DNA of 64,000 nucleotides. Source: Chaetodon trifascialis (lineage: Eukaryota). Positions 34,468 to 46,414 of the stretch are shown in pieces. The translations under genes were made by a program, and so were the position numbers. Position 1 is the first letter of the stretch. Each line of letters starts with the position of its first letter. Below the pieces are notes generated by a model. The model saw only the letters and a program-made list of their open reading frames with translations, was not told the origin of the DNA and ran no database searches. The stretch lies in assembly GCF_039877785.1 (NCBI RefSeq), contig NC_092066.1, positions 5,251,152 through 5,315,151 of the forward strand, read 5' to 3'.

Positions 34468-36812
34468 AGGGTTGTGTATTGCCAAGAATCTGGCGATACC
34501 ATATTTATCACAATACAGGGGTCACGATTCACTATAATGTGATATATTGCGATACTGTAAACAGGGTGATATATTGCGATTTTTAAAAATCAAATTTTTG
34601 GAAATCTTATGCAAAAAAACATCACCACATGCATAAATCTTTTTAAAACTTTTTTATGAAATTGGAAAAGTGCATTACCATCATCCATGGCTGTAACATC
34701 CAACATAACATTTTATCAGATGCCTTACTTTTCGTGCAATGTGAGCAAAGGAATCAACATTTGCCTGAACATTTACCTTATCAGGAAATTAAGACTGTAT
34801 ACTAGTCCTTGTAACATCCATCAATATAACACTATTAACAGCAAATGAGGTAATATCTGTTCATATTAGTAAGAAATAATGCTTGCAGGATTCCTTTAGA
34901 ATACAATAAACAAATACAAACAAGAAGATCATCTGATCATTTTCACTAGGATTTCACTCTGTATGTATATCAGTGCTTATTTTTTTAATGTCAAAATAAA
35001 AGTGCTTGCAGGATACCGGAAGAAAACAAATGTAAACAAAATCATCACGTCCTATTGACCTGGATTTCACATTATTCCAGTCCGTGTCTATATCAGTGCT
35101 TATTTTGTAATGTCAAATAAAAGTGCTTGCAGGATTCCAGAAGAAAAAATTAAACAAATGTTAACACAAGCATCAGGTCCCATTAACCTGGATATCACTT
35201 CATTAAAGTTTGTATGTATGCCTGTGCTTATTTTTTAATGTCAAGGTTTTTGTGGAGGAAGACGAGCTGGTCAACATGTTCAGCTTTCAGGGCACTTCTC
35301 TGTGCATTTACTATGTCTCCTGCAGAAGAGACAACTCTCTCCGCTGAGACGCTTGTGCCAGGAATGCACAGAAAACACTTTGCTTCTCTGGATAGCTGAG
35401 GGTACTCTTGTTCATGTTCATGTTTTTTTTTTTTTTAATTTACTTACATTCTGTTGCTTCTGTATGGCAGCCACCACCGCATCAGTCAGTTTGGAATAGG
35501 TCTCTTTGGCCTCTGCATCAGAGAGAAAGGGTAGGTCCTTAAACCTAGTATCGAGAGCCGATGCCATGAGCAGTGTCTCCCTCTCATTGGCATATCTCTT
35601 CCCCAGATCTTGTGCTATAGCAGCCTTAATGTCCTTCACTGTCTGTGAATCATCCAGGCTGTTTTCTGTGGCCATGACTAGCTTGGCATGAAGAGGTGCA
35701 ATAATGGAAAGAGTGGGTATGCTCTCCTCTGACATCACTAAGGTGGCATCCTTCATTGGCTTGAGTGCCTTGAGCACTTCCTCTGCACATGTGATATCAG
35801 TATCATTGATGAGGTCCTTTTCATTCCTTCTGACTTCTGGTGAAAGGAGTGCTGCATAGATGGCTGGTGGTTGTTCTATGAATCTGTCTACCATGTCGTA
35901 AGAACTGTTCCATCTTGTGATGACGTCTGTGATCAGTCTGTGTTTTGGTAGCTGGAGCAGGTCTTGTTTGTGTTTTAGCTGGTCGCTTGCTATAGTGCTA
36001 CGACACACCTGATCCTGCCGAGTAGTCGAGCCACTGTTGGTAGTTTCAGTTCTTTCTGTGAGGCGAGATTCAGGATGTGTGCAAAACATCGGACATGGGT
36101 CATGTCTGCAAGTCCAGCCGCTACAGTCATATTTGATGCATTGTCTGTGACAATCACTGGATCTTTAGCGTCCAATCCCCATTCAGCAACGGCCTCCTTT
36201 GCCATGTTCTCTCCTGTGTGACTGCCATGCATCGCTTGTGTTTGTAACACATGTGAGTCCAGCTTCCACTCATCCGTTAAGTGATCCGCTCTGATCGTTA
36301 CGTACGATTCAGTGGCCCTCAATGTCGATGCGTTGCACGTCAAAGCGACTCTCTCGGCTGAGCTAAGAGAGTCCACCACCTTTGTTTTTACCTCATTGTG
36401 GGACCTGGGAACAGCAATGTCAGTCAGAGTATTTGACTTTCGCATGGCATATGTTGCAAACGGCATGGCTCAAATTCTGTAGTCCCTTCTTTGTTGTGGA
36501 ATCCAAAATGCGCCCACACTTCAGCTTTGTAGGCCGCAGGAGCTGGTCTAACTGTCTCCTCCATCAGCTAACATTAAGTGAGCTAATGCTAGCAGTGTGG
36601 GCTGCCGCCTTCTTCTTCCCTCTGCTATTGAGTTGGAGCGGAAGAGTTCATACTGCCATCTAACGGTCAGGAGTTTAAATACAACACAAAATAACCGCTG
36701 CCATGATGTACAGTAAACTGTTAATTAAATATCGATACTGTGTTTTTGAATATCAATACAGTATTGTAAAAGATAATATCGCGATACTTAAGTGTATCGA
36801 CATTTTCTTACA
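34468..36812 (-). mobile_element. hAT-superfamily DNA transposon (degenerate transposase with hAT dimerisation region) in TEP1 copy-1 intron 52. Termini read TAGGGTTGTG...CACCCCTA.
   Basis: Minus ORFs 35990..36466 (DPVIVTDNASNMTVAAGLADMTHVRCFAHILNLASQ) and 35418..36089 (hAT C-terminal region). Terminal/subterminal repeats at 34468-34600 and 36700-36812 share ATATCGCGATAC-type motifs. Confidence 0.7.
34960..35270. repeat. ~125-bp tandem repeat x3 (gtgcttattttttaatgtcaaaataaaagtgcttgcaggat...) inside the hAT element
   Basis: Three near-identical units start near 34975, 35097 and 35218. Confidence 0.8.
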
Positions 36813-36938
36813 CCCCTAGTGACTTAAGTCCAAATCCTCCCATCAGGCCCGGATGGGAAACGAAAGCAAACATCAGAAAGAGCTGGACGTCGCTTCAGGC
36901 TTTGTATTCTTTTATTAATGATGGTGTTTTATCCGCAG

Positions 36939-37043
36939 GCTCACAATGACAGGATCAGCGTGCTGAGACTCACTGACAACATCATCATCTCAGCCTCCTA
37001 TGACCGGACAGTGAAGCTGTGGGACAGAAACACCAAGAAGCAG
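36939..37043 (+). CDS. tep1: TEP1 c1 exon 53 (AHNDRISVLRLTDNIIISASYDRTVKLWDRNTKKQ)
   Basis: atccgcag| ... CAG|gtacat. Confidence 0.8.
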
Positions 37044-37541
37044 GTACATCAGAGTCCCCAAAGAATAGTTTGACATCTTATTCGCTCTGTGGTGGAGAGG
37101 TTGATACCGCACTCTTGTCTGTATGTTGAATATGACAGACAGGAGACTGTTAGCTTAGATCAAAGACTCAACTGCTAGCCTGGTTCTGTCCAAACTTAAA
37201 TGGAGAAGTGTCGTTTTTACACCAAGGTTTTTCTGCAGATGAAACTAATTTAACAAAAGGTGATAATTAGTGAGCTTTAGAGTCGCTGGGGGACAGATTT
37301 TGTTAACTTTGTGCAGAGCCAGGCTAGCTGTTTTCCCCTGTTTCCAGCCTCTATACTAAGCTAACTGGCTGCTGTGGTGTCGATCTTCTCATCTAATTCT
37401 CAGTAAGAAAGCAAATCTGAAAGTTCTGTTCTTTTCTTATGCAGCATTCTGTCTACTTTATTCCTTCACCTTAATTTTTTTGTTATTTTAAACTGTCTTT
37501 CAGTAACTGTTACCTTCTGCTCTCTCCCTCTCCTCCTCCAG

Positions 37542-37661
37542 GTGGGTATGTTTGTGTGTGGAGGACCTGTTGTGTACTTGGAGGTAAACCCTGTAGAACC
37601 CACCGAACTGGTTTGCGGTGACGGACAGGGAACGCTCTTCTTCCTCTTCGGGAAAGATTGA
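37542..37661 (+). CDS. tep1: TEP1 c1 terminal exon 54 (VGMFVCGGPVVYLEVNPVEPTELVCGDGQGTLFFLFGKD, stop TGA 37659-37661)
   Basis: cctcctccag| acceptor. This is the last WD40 blade. Confidence 0.8.
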   Translation: MGMFVCGGPVVYLEVNPVEPTELVCGDGQGTLFFLFGKD

Positions 37662-38539
37662 TCCTCAGGATATTCCCCACTAGATTGAGCAGTTAAGAAA
37701 AGCGCTTCATCGCTACGCAAACCTGTGATTGCCAGGAATGTTTGCTGCCTCCTTGCTTCAGTGCCTTTGTATTTAAAAAAGAAGTTGAAATATTTACACT
37801 ACATATAGAGATAATGATCTATGTAATAATTGCGATGTCATGTTTACATGCCTTTAGATGGCAAAAAACTTGCAAGTGTAACAAGCAAGTATAAAAAAAT
37901 AACTAAGTTTGAAAATGTTAGCAGTTATTTTTCCTATGAGGTGAATTATTTCTGTTATTTGTAAGAGGATGCAAATAGAAATGTGGAGTATGAAACACTT
38001 GAAGTGGGAAAATGGGTGTGAGAACCATAAATAATCTTTTCTTTGACATTAAAATATTACTCTCATCAGCACTTTGTTGTTCGTTGTTGTTACTTTCTAC
38101 ACATTTAACACATTATTCAGCAACAGATATCTCACCAGGCTTGAAGGCTGGAACAGGATTTGCATTGAAGTCGTAATGTTTCATCTGTATTCATGGTACC
38201 AGAAAAGGGGTGGAGACAGCCTTGTTATTGCCAGATTTGTGTGAATGGTTGCATTCACACAAGAAATAGAAATCACATAATACTGTTGTAGAATATTTCA
38301 AGAATTGATTTTTTTATTTTTAAAAATATTCCACTATTCCATGACTGGCATGTCTGGCAGTGTTTACAGGTATTATCCTTTTCCTTTTTCTATGTATTCA
38401 GTTTGAAAATTTTGCTTTGCTGATCAAAATTAATGATAATTTACAGGAAGAAAGAAATGGATGGATAAAAATAAGAACAAGGCTCAACAAGGATGTATAA
38501 AAATAAACAATTATGTACGTACAAGTAGCTGAAGAAATG

Positions 38540-41000
38540 AGTGTACATATAAATATTACAGTAGGGCGGTATCCAAATTTTGATACCGTCAAACCTTCCC
38601 CACATTTTCCCGGGGTATACGGTATTACCGGCCAATTAAAAATCACTTTGCAGGGCAGCCTGACATGCGCGCAGTTCAGACGGTCAATGCTCACGCTAAG
38701 AAGCACCAATCCTAACTTGTAGCAAACCAGAATGACGGGGAGAAACTCAGCTGAAAGCCTCCACCAAGCATTGCCACCCAAACGAAACATAATTCATACC
38801 CCAAGAAATTATATGCGCACGTAACGAAAACACGAAAATAGCGCACGTCAACGGTACTGAATCTGCTGATTTCACCACTTCACGCAAACCACAAAAGCCC
38901 GCTATCATATGAAAGCAGAGAGTCTGATGATCACGAAGATATCTGAGTGAGTGCCTCCTCACTGTCCGACGAAAATTCGGCGAGCTAGCAGCTAAAGAGT
39001 AGCAGAAAAAAAAACTTTGCTAAATCATACAGTATGTCTTACCTTCGCTGTTTTGTGGTCAAAAGTTATATTCCAGCCCGAAAAAACGCTGCTAATGTCT
39101 CCTCCTATGACTCTGCGTTAGTTTGAGATCAATCGCGAAGGTCCTGGTTATTTACATTAAGAGGAGGGGGTTTCTAGAGTGGAGGGAGCGCTCTTCATGC
39201 AATAACCTATCTCTGGGGTTACTTCCTTCTGGATCGTCATTGGTGTTTCTATGGTGAATTTGGGCGGGTCGCTGAGCTATTGACGGGTCGCTGAGCGCAC
39301 ACAGAGGACTCTGCTGAGCAGCCTGAAGTCTTATTTTACTGTTTTATTTGCATTTCGTCCTTTTATGAGAGCTAAGAACAATAGCAAGCAGAAAAAAGGC
39401 TGAAAAAGTGTTTTCAACAGAGGCGTTTCTCTGTATGCTTGTGTAACCCAGTGGTCATTTAGCCAGTCTGTGTATTCAGCGTTAATAGACACACTGTCTC
39501 TTTAAGAGTCCCAACAATAAGCTCCGGTGTAGAGTGGTGATCTCAGAGCAGGAGATTTCGCGGGTTCGCTTGACTTTTATGCTGAGTAGAGAGAAGACAC
39601 AGCAAGCTGTAGCCAGTCTCTAGCCATCTTACATGTCAAGTCACATCTTTTATGATGTTTCCTACTAGGTGAGCACATATATATTTAATGTGTGTGGTTG
39701 TGCTTGTGTTGTGAAAAGAGGTAATTTGCTGGTGTATGTGTAAATGTGTGTTTTTCAGTGTTAAAATGTTAATCTCTATCTTAAACATTAATTGCTAGTT
39801 AAGATGCTAATTGCTAAGTCATAGCTGACAGCTAACAGCCTTTTAAATGAGTCATTATGATGGTTTAGAGTTGTTTGTGTGTGTTTAATATTAACACTGT
39901 AAACTCTACCCACAATGTATATGAGTTTAAAACTTCGCTTGACTCTAATGCTGAGAGATGGGAAGACACAGCAAGCTGTAGCCAGTCTCTTGCCGTCTTA
40001 CATGTCAAATCACCACTTTTCTGATGTTTCCTGCTAGCCGATGGGTGTGGACCGGAGCCAGGTAGAGACTGCTGTTTCCCGGACGTGTCGTTGCCACCAC
40101 CCAGCTATGCGCGTGGATCACTTGAGTATCAAAAAAACTATTCTTTTTATAGAGCTCTAAAGTATTTTTTTTAATATATATATATTTTAGTTACAGGTAT
40201 CCAATTTTTTTTATTTTATTTTTATTTTTTTCCTTCCTGGACTAAGTAATACCAGATTGCGAATAACCACAATCTGTGGAGAGGCTTAACTGTTCATTAT
40301 CCAAGAACAAAAGGACTGATTTAGTTTTGATAAAAACTGAAAAGACATTGCACAACATTTTTGGGTTTTGATATTTCAGCAACTACATTGTTTTCATTTA
40401 TTTTTGTTGTCTGATTAAGTCAGATCATTTATAGTGAAGCCGAAGAGAATTTATTTTGATATATTACTCTTTTTGTGTGTGTGTGTTTAATATTTTGAAG
40501 TGATTATGTCACAACAAATAAAAGACATATATTGAGTTGAACAAACTGACATTTGATTTACAGGAAAGGTATGTTCCAGTCCAACAATTTTTTTTTTTTT
40601 TAAATTGGAATTAGGTAGCATGCTACTGCCAGACCCTGGAATAAAGTCCTTGTTGAGAACATTAAATCTATCTGGTCCCATCTCTACTTTTTGTTATTTA
40701 AGGAGGGACAAATTGCTACTCAGTTACACTTGGACAAGATAACGGTGCTCTGCCCAGATGCACCCAAATGAGTGCCTGGACATACCTGTGTTAAAACATA
40801 GCATTTACTTTTGCACAGTCACCTTTATCTCGGGTAAAAATTCAACCAGATACATTGAACGGAGTGGACTTCATTTATGTTATGACGATGCTCCAATTAT
40901 GTTAGGCCCCTATAGACCTATACGCGCAGCTTTTTTTTTAATGACGTAATGAAATTGATAGGGTTTATGGTTGCCAAATCACGTTATGCTGTTTATTGTG
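38540..41000. mobile_element. Unclassified DNA-transposon-like element downstream of TEP1 copy 1. It contains a ~400-bp internal direct duplication (39520-39680 / 39900-40040). Parts of it (38540-39430 and 40770-40990) recur inverted at 60400-61482.
   Basis: Direct sequence identity: 38563-39430 matches the reverse complement of 60690-61480, and 40780-40950 matches the reverse complement of 60470-60640. Confidence 0.6.
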
Positions 41001-42738
41001 GTCTATTTCTGTGTTGATAACCTGGCTAACCCGGTAGCTCGTTAAAGCTAATAATTGCTAATAGCAAGCAGTTGCTCACACGTGTACGTTCATAGTATAA
41101 GCCTATAACATTGGTTGATGTAAGCTAAGAGGAGGATTCATTCTTATTTCATTGATTATTTACCATATTATTTCATTGGTTAATTACTACTACTGGTGGC
41201 CCAGTGTACAGTTAAAATAACATGCTGTACTGATAATTTCTTTTCTCTGTGTTACAGAACCACACATAAACCTACACACAGGCTCCTCAGACACAGTTTC
41301 ATACTGTACTTTATTATTGATGGACAATAAAAGAATGAAAGGAACATCATCTGGACTGCATTTTAACTGATGCCCCCCTGCGGCCCCAAGTGTTTCCGCC
41401 CAGCACATATACAGTCTTTAGAATAATCTCCAGAACAAAACTAAATGTAATCGCCGCAGCCAGGGGTGAATAAGCGTTCGCCGGCTCATTAAATGCAACG
41501 AGACCACAGATAAGATGTGAGAAGTGAGCTTCTGAAACCATCAGTCGACTCTCGAACAGTTGATCAGCAGATAAACAGGCCTCTGGCTCTCGTGTGTGAG
41601 AGTTAACTGAGTGCATTCGGAGACTTCTTCTTTCACTTTTGTCACTTTGATGCTTTACTGACCAGATGATCAATCAGCTAATCAAGAAAATAAAGAGCAG
41701 ATTACACTGCTTGTTGCAGCATGACACTAATACATGAACTTCATGTGCGAGCGTGTACTATTTAAGATCCTGAAATTCCAGGCTTTCCCTAAATCTCAGC
41801 TGCTCGACTGGGTGGACCAGAACGGCAGTTACACAGCCGAACGGCCACACCTATAAACTGTGGGACAGCACTGAAAACTTCTTTCTCTATGACCAAAACA
41901 AAAGAAAGACACGTTTTGAGCTCTATTTGACATCAACGAATGTTATAACTAAATGTCACCTTTCTCTCTGCTGGTTATCCATCACAGTCAAACATCATGT
42001 CTGCTTTTACCGTGTCAGGGAAGCATTACTGTCGTGTGGATTTTCAAATAAGCACTTAAAAGTGCTTATATTATAAACATGCAGTGATGACAAAAAAAGG
42101 CAGGATCTTCACTGATGGTTGACTAATCGCGGTAAATTTCAAGTCTCAGAAAGTCTGGTCTCGTGCTCTACTGAAATTATGGGAAGCCAGTAGCTCCATG
42201 GAAGTTGAGAAAGACCAAAATTGTTCAGCATTACTGCACACTTTGAAAATGAAAGTTGATAGTAAGTGGGCTGAAACATGCTTAAACACGTGTAGACATT
42301 TAATAACTTCATGGTTATATGTAAAGATAAGAAGCTCTACTGCCAAATATTCACATTATTTAATTGTAAAATCTTTTCTTTGCTCCATAACTTGCGACAG
42401 ATTTTCACTCTCATACTTTACACTTATCCATATGGCAGTACCTCAGCAGTGGTTGGCAAGATCATGTTGATCATATCATGGAAAAGGACAATGGGTCTCT
42501 AATTATCCACAGTGTGTAGTGATACGTGCTCTAGTACAGAACAACCCTCCCTTCCTTACTTTCCAAACGTCTTAGCTCAGCCGCCACATGTTTTCCGATC
42601 TGGAAATAGCCACATGAATGTTTCCTGCCATATGCACAACATCTGATTTTAATCTCACCTGCATGAATTTGCATGTTTACCATCCGTTTTTCATCTGTAT
42701 TTTATTGTTATGCAAATACATCAACTGAACTTTGTTAC

Positions 42739-43814
42739 CTCTTATGGTAGACGCAGAGGCAAGCCAGCCTGGCGATGGTCTCCCCCTGCACCAGATCCTC
42801 CAAACAGATGGAGCACTCTCCGCTGTCTTTACTGAGCACATCCGCTGCACACACACAAAGTAATCTTAAGAGTGTTTCCAGCTTTTGAACAACACAGCCG
42901 TCTGGGCCATTTCTGACACATGATACTTACTGTTGTAAGGTAAGGGTGGAGATGTGAGGCAGCTCAACAGGTGATCCTCAATCCGACCCCCCGGGAAGGG
43001 CTTTGAGCAGAAGGGACAGCGGATATCTGTGAAGAGCGGAGACACAACAGAGGTGAGATTAACACACTGTCACAGCGGGAAATAAATGATGGATGTGCAT
43101 CACATTGAGCGTGAGTGCTGCATTTGGACATTTCGATTACACAAGCTGACTTGGCAAACCGAGGAGCCCGCTGAAACACAAATGACCAGTGTGAATGCTG
43201 CACTCTCATCCCAGAGATGGTGTGAATGACGGTGCCTCAGGTGACCAAAAATAGTTTGAAACTTCATTTGACTGCATGCACCAGGCTAAACAGTGACAAA
43301 AGCTGGAGGGGAAGCCGCTGCGAGAGTCATGAGTGGATGGGACGTGCAGGCAGGAACAGTGCCTTGCTGCCCTACATTCTCCTCCTCCATCTATGAGCTG
43401 CTGCCAGCAGTGAGCAGGCATGTGAAGTTGTGACCCATTTCCCTACACTTGCTAGAGGCGAGCCTGGGAAACCCACCACACTGGTGTGCTTTGTCTCCTC
43501 TCTGGGTTGATGTTCCGTCTTCCTCGGGTTTCCCCTCGCTGTTGTTGTCGTCCATGGGTGACGCTTGGCTAATGCTGGAGGGAATGCTGTGGTGGTCAGC
43601 GGGGCTGCCATTGGCGCTCGCCCCATGCTGCCCCAGGTCCGAGTTGCTGCCCTCCTCTGATCAGCTCCGGTTGGCCTCCGTGTCCTTGAAGCTCCCCGAG
43701 AAGTCCACCATGAGGCTGGTGGATAGGAATCCGATAGGAATCCCGCTTTGTGCCATCTCTTCCAAAAGCAGAGGGAACCGGGTCTTCTTGTAGGCGACTT
43801 GCTCTTGTCCCCAT
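42739..43814 (-). pseudogene. ZNRF-like copy 2, truncated. Exon 3 (~42739-42844) and exon 2 (~42931-43026) are intact. Exon 1 starts at 43814 (MGTRASRLQEDPVPSAFGRDGTKRDSYR...) but is hit by a ~1 kb deletion relative to copy 1 (3880-4925) that removes its 3' part and donor. Exon 4 is absent because the duplication breakpoint falls in intron 3.
   Basis: ORF 43596..43814(-) shares only the first ~28 aa with the copy-1 exon-1 ORF and then shifts frame. Sequence around 43440-43500 joins copy-1 positions ~3880 and ~4925. Nothing homologous to the exon at 1656-1713 occurs upstream of 41437. Confidence 0.65.
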
Positions 43815-44837
43815 CTCCAGTGAGCTAGCTAATTCAGCTGGCTAGCCAAGCTGCTTTCTCAAAGCGAACCACCACAAAACCAGAATCAGAAATCAGAATC
43901 AGAAAAAACTTTATTGCCAAGTACGATTTTACACATACGAGGAATTTGTTTCGGTGAAGTTGGTGCATGACACATCTAGTAAAAATAACCCAGAAAGCAA
44001 AAATCCATTGAATCAACATTGCGATATGGTCATGGCTTAAAATTGAATCAACACTGATGTCAGACATTGAAAGTAACATGGTAAGCGCTCGTTATGATCA
44101 ACATTGAAATAATGTTAAATTTTCAATCAGGCTAAACATTGATTCAATATTTATTCAACTACATCATTTTCAACATTGAAACAATGTAGAATTGTCAATT
44201 AATCTGAACATAGAATCAATATTGATTCATTTATAAATGCATTGAAATTACATTGATTCTACATTGCAACAATGTTATTAATTAAAGGACCATTACAGCA
44301 CTTTTCAGCCATCATCTGTAGGTTTTAAATATGCTTCATGCAAGGCAAATTGCATGAAGCATACGCGATTTGAAGCGTCATTTTGCCGGGCGACGCGATG
44401 GACGCCCCATCGCGTTATCGCTTCATCGCTCGAGTTGAAATAATTGAACTTTTGCGGCGGATTCGCGTGAAGACGCGCCGCGACAGCCCATCAGCGTTGA
44501 GATCGTCATCGACGTGCTGACGTACGGACGTGGTCGACGAGAAAATGAAATGGCGGAAGAAATGTTGTTGTTGGGCGGGTTTTTGTACCAGCGTCAAAAC
44601 TGGAGCGTCTGGCGCGACGCGATTTCATTTGGAGCGCGATTAAACAATTTTCATCGCGTTTGGTGGGAACGTAGCGTTAGCCTGGCAGGGGGCAAGTAAA
44701 GCCTGGTGGCCCGCCAGGCTTATAATACACTGGGGGAAACCCTGAACCCTCAGCGTAGCCTCTGCACACGGACACACTAGCGTTAGCTAGCGTTATCTAG
44801 AATGCTAGCGCTAGCTAATGCTAACGACGTTAATAAG

Positions 44838-45195
44838 CTACAACCATCCATCCATCATCTATACCGCCTATCCCTTTCGGGGTTGCGGGGGGCTGGAGCC
44901 TATCCCAGCTACAATGGGCGAGATGGGTACACCCTGAACCGGTCGCCAGCCGATTGCAGGGCCACATGCAAAGACAGACAAACATTCACACTCACACCTA
45001 CGGACAATTTTTTAGAGTCATCAATTAACCTAATGAGCATGTTTTTGGTCTGTGGGAGGAAGCCGGAGTACCCGGAGAGAACCCACGCATGCGGGAAGAA
45101 CATGCAAGCTTCACACAGAAAGGCCCCGCCTGACCCGGGGATCGAACCGGCAACCTTCTTGCTGTGAGGCACGCGCACTACCTGCTGCGCCACCG
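44838..45195 (-). mobile_element. tRNA-derived SINE (teleost type) with a 3' (ATGG)n tail
   Basis: The minus strand reads GGGCTGCACGGTGGCGCAGCAGGTAGTGCGCGTGCCTCACAGCAAGAAGGTTGCCGGTTCGATCCCCGGGTCAGG (A/B-box-like tRNA head), then ...CAGGGTGTACCCATCTCGCCCATTGTAGCTGGGATAGGCTCCAGC...GATGGATGGATGG. Confidence 0.8.
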
Positions 45196-45689
45196 TGCAG
45201 CCCTAAGCTACAACCTCACGGTAATAATTCACAAAGTTGACATGCTGGTGAAAATACATTGTGTTCTCATTAGGACTTACCAGTTTGTCTTCTTTTGTCA
45301 CTCGAAGATAATAAAAGCCGCTAAAAGCTGTCAACCGCTGCCAACTGTTGACTGGTTTGAACTGGTTTGGTCTCAGGAGAGAGCAAGTCTCGTGGGCGGG
45401 GGCACAGGTGCACAGCCACAGCATGCCATACATTGACATCATGTCTATTTAATGTTGACATTTCAACATTGAAAACCCAGCATCTATACAATGCTGATTC
45501 AACAACATTTTTTCAAATGTTGAAATGGTAGCTCTAATTCAATACTGAATAAACATAGATTTTTCAACTTCAACCAAAAATAACCAATTTCACCAAAATT
45601 CAACGTGGAATCACTGTATTTTGCTATCTGGGAAGCTATTACAGAAGTAAAAAATATAACAATAAGTAAAAAATATAACAATAAATATA

Positions 45690-46414
45690 TATACACAAGT
45701 CTGTTTTTTTTTTTGTTGTTGTTGTTTTTTCTGGAAACAGTCTGTTTTTTCAGAAGAAGTCCAAGCTGAGCATTAATGTTATGCAGAGTTACGCAGTGTC
45801 AGTGTGACAGATGAGGCAGTGGTGGAGTGTGAAGAGTGTCGGGGGGTTCCAGGCCTTGTTAATAAGGCTGACAGCAGACGGGAAAAAACTTGTGGCATGA
45901 GGTTTTGGTCCTGATGGACCGCAGCCTCATGCCAGAGGGAAGTGTCTCAAAGAGTTTGTGTTCGGGGTGGGAGGGATCAGCCACAATCTTTCCTGCACGC
46001 CTCAGGGTCCTGGAGGTGTACAGGTCCTGAGGAGACGGGAGATTGCAGTCAATCGCCTTCTCTGCAGACTGAATGACACGCTGCAGTCTGCCCTTGTCCT
46101 TGGCGGTGGCAGCAGTGTACCAGATGGTGATGGAGGAGGTGAGGATGGAGTCAATGATGGCTGTGCAGAAGTGCACCATCATTGTCTTTGGCAGAGTGAA
46201 TTTCTTCAGCTGCCGTAGGAAGTACATCTTCTGCTGTGCTTTCTTGAAGAGGGAGCTGATGTTCGGCTCCCACTTGAGGTCCTGGGAGATGATAGTTCCC
46301 AGGAAGCAGAAAGACTCCACAGTGTCAATAGTGGAGACACAGAGGGTGATGGGGGCAGGTGAGGCTGAGTTCTTCCTGTAGTCCACAACCATCTCCACTG
46401 TCCTGAGTGGAAAC
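45690..46414 (-). mobile_element. LINE 3' fragment (RT C-terminus) on the minus strand
   Basis: ORF 45859..46398(-) reads ...VESFCFLGTIISQDLKWEPNISSLFKKAQQKMYFLRQLKKF..., a common fish LINE ORF2 tail. Confidence 0.75.

Larger units (their letters stand above)
6631..37661 (+). other. tep1: Gene span: TEP1 (telomerase protein component 1 / vault protein) copy 1, ~54 coding exons. Domain order is S-rich/acidic N-term, TROVE, vWA-like, DUF4062, NACHT, multi-blade WD40.
   Basis: A consistent open frame across all hand-built GT-AG junctions (one GC-AG). It contains TROVE signatures (VYTRQQLNIRITANFLLALAA, FPFRFLAAYKV), a NACHT P-loop GPGEGKT and Walker B LLVDGVD, and more than 20 WD40-type exons (GH...WD). 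Confidence 0.8.
43873..46414. mobile_element. ~2.5 kb composite insertion private to copy 2, within the ZNRF/TEP1 intergenic region. It comprises arrays of CAACATTGAA / TTCAATGTTG palindromic motifs, a CpG-rich palindromic core, a tRNA-derived SINE and a LINE 3' fragment.
   Basis: Copy-1 sequence 5340-5390 is contiguous, whereas copy 2 is interrupted between 43872 and 46415. Motif arrays sit at 44000-44290 and 45440-45600. Confidence 0.7.
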
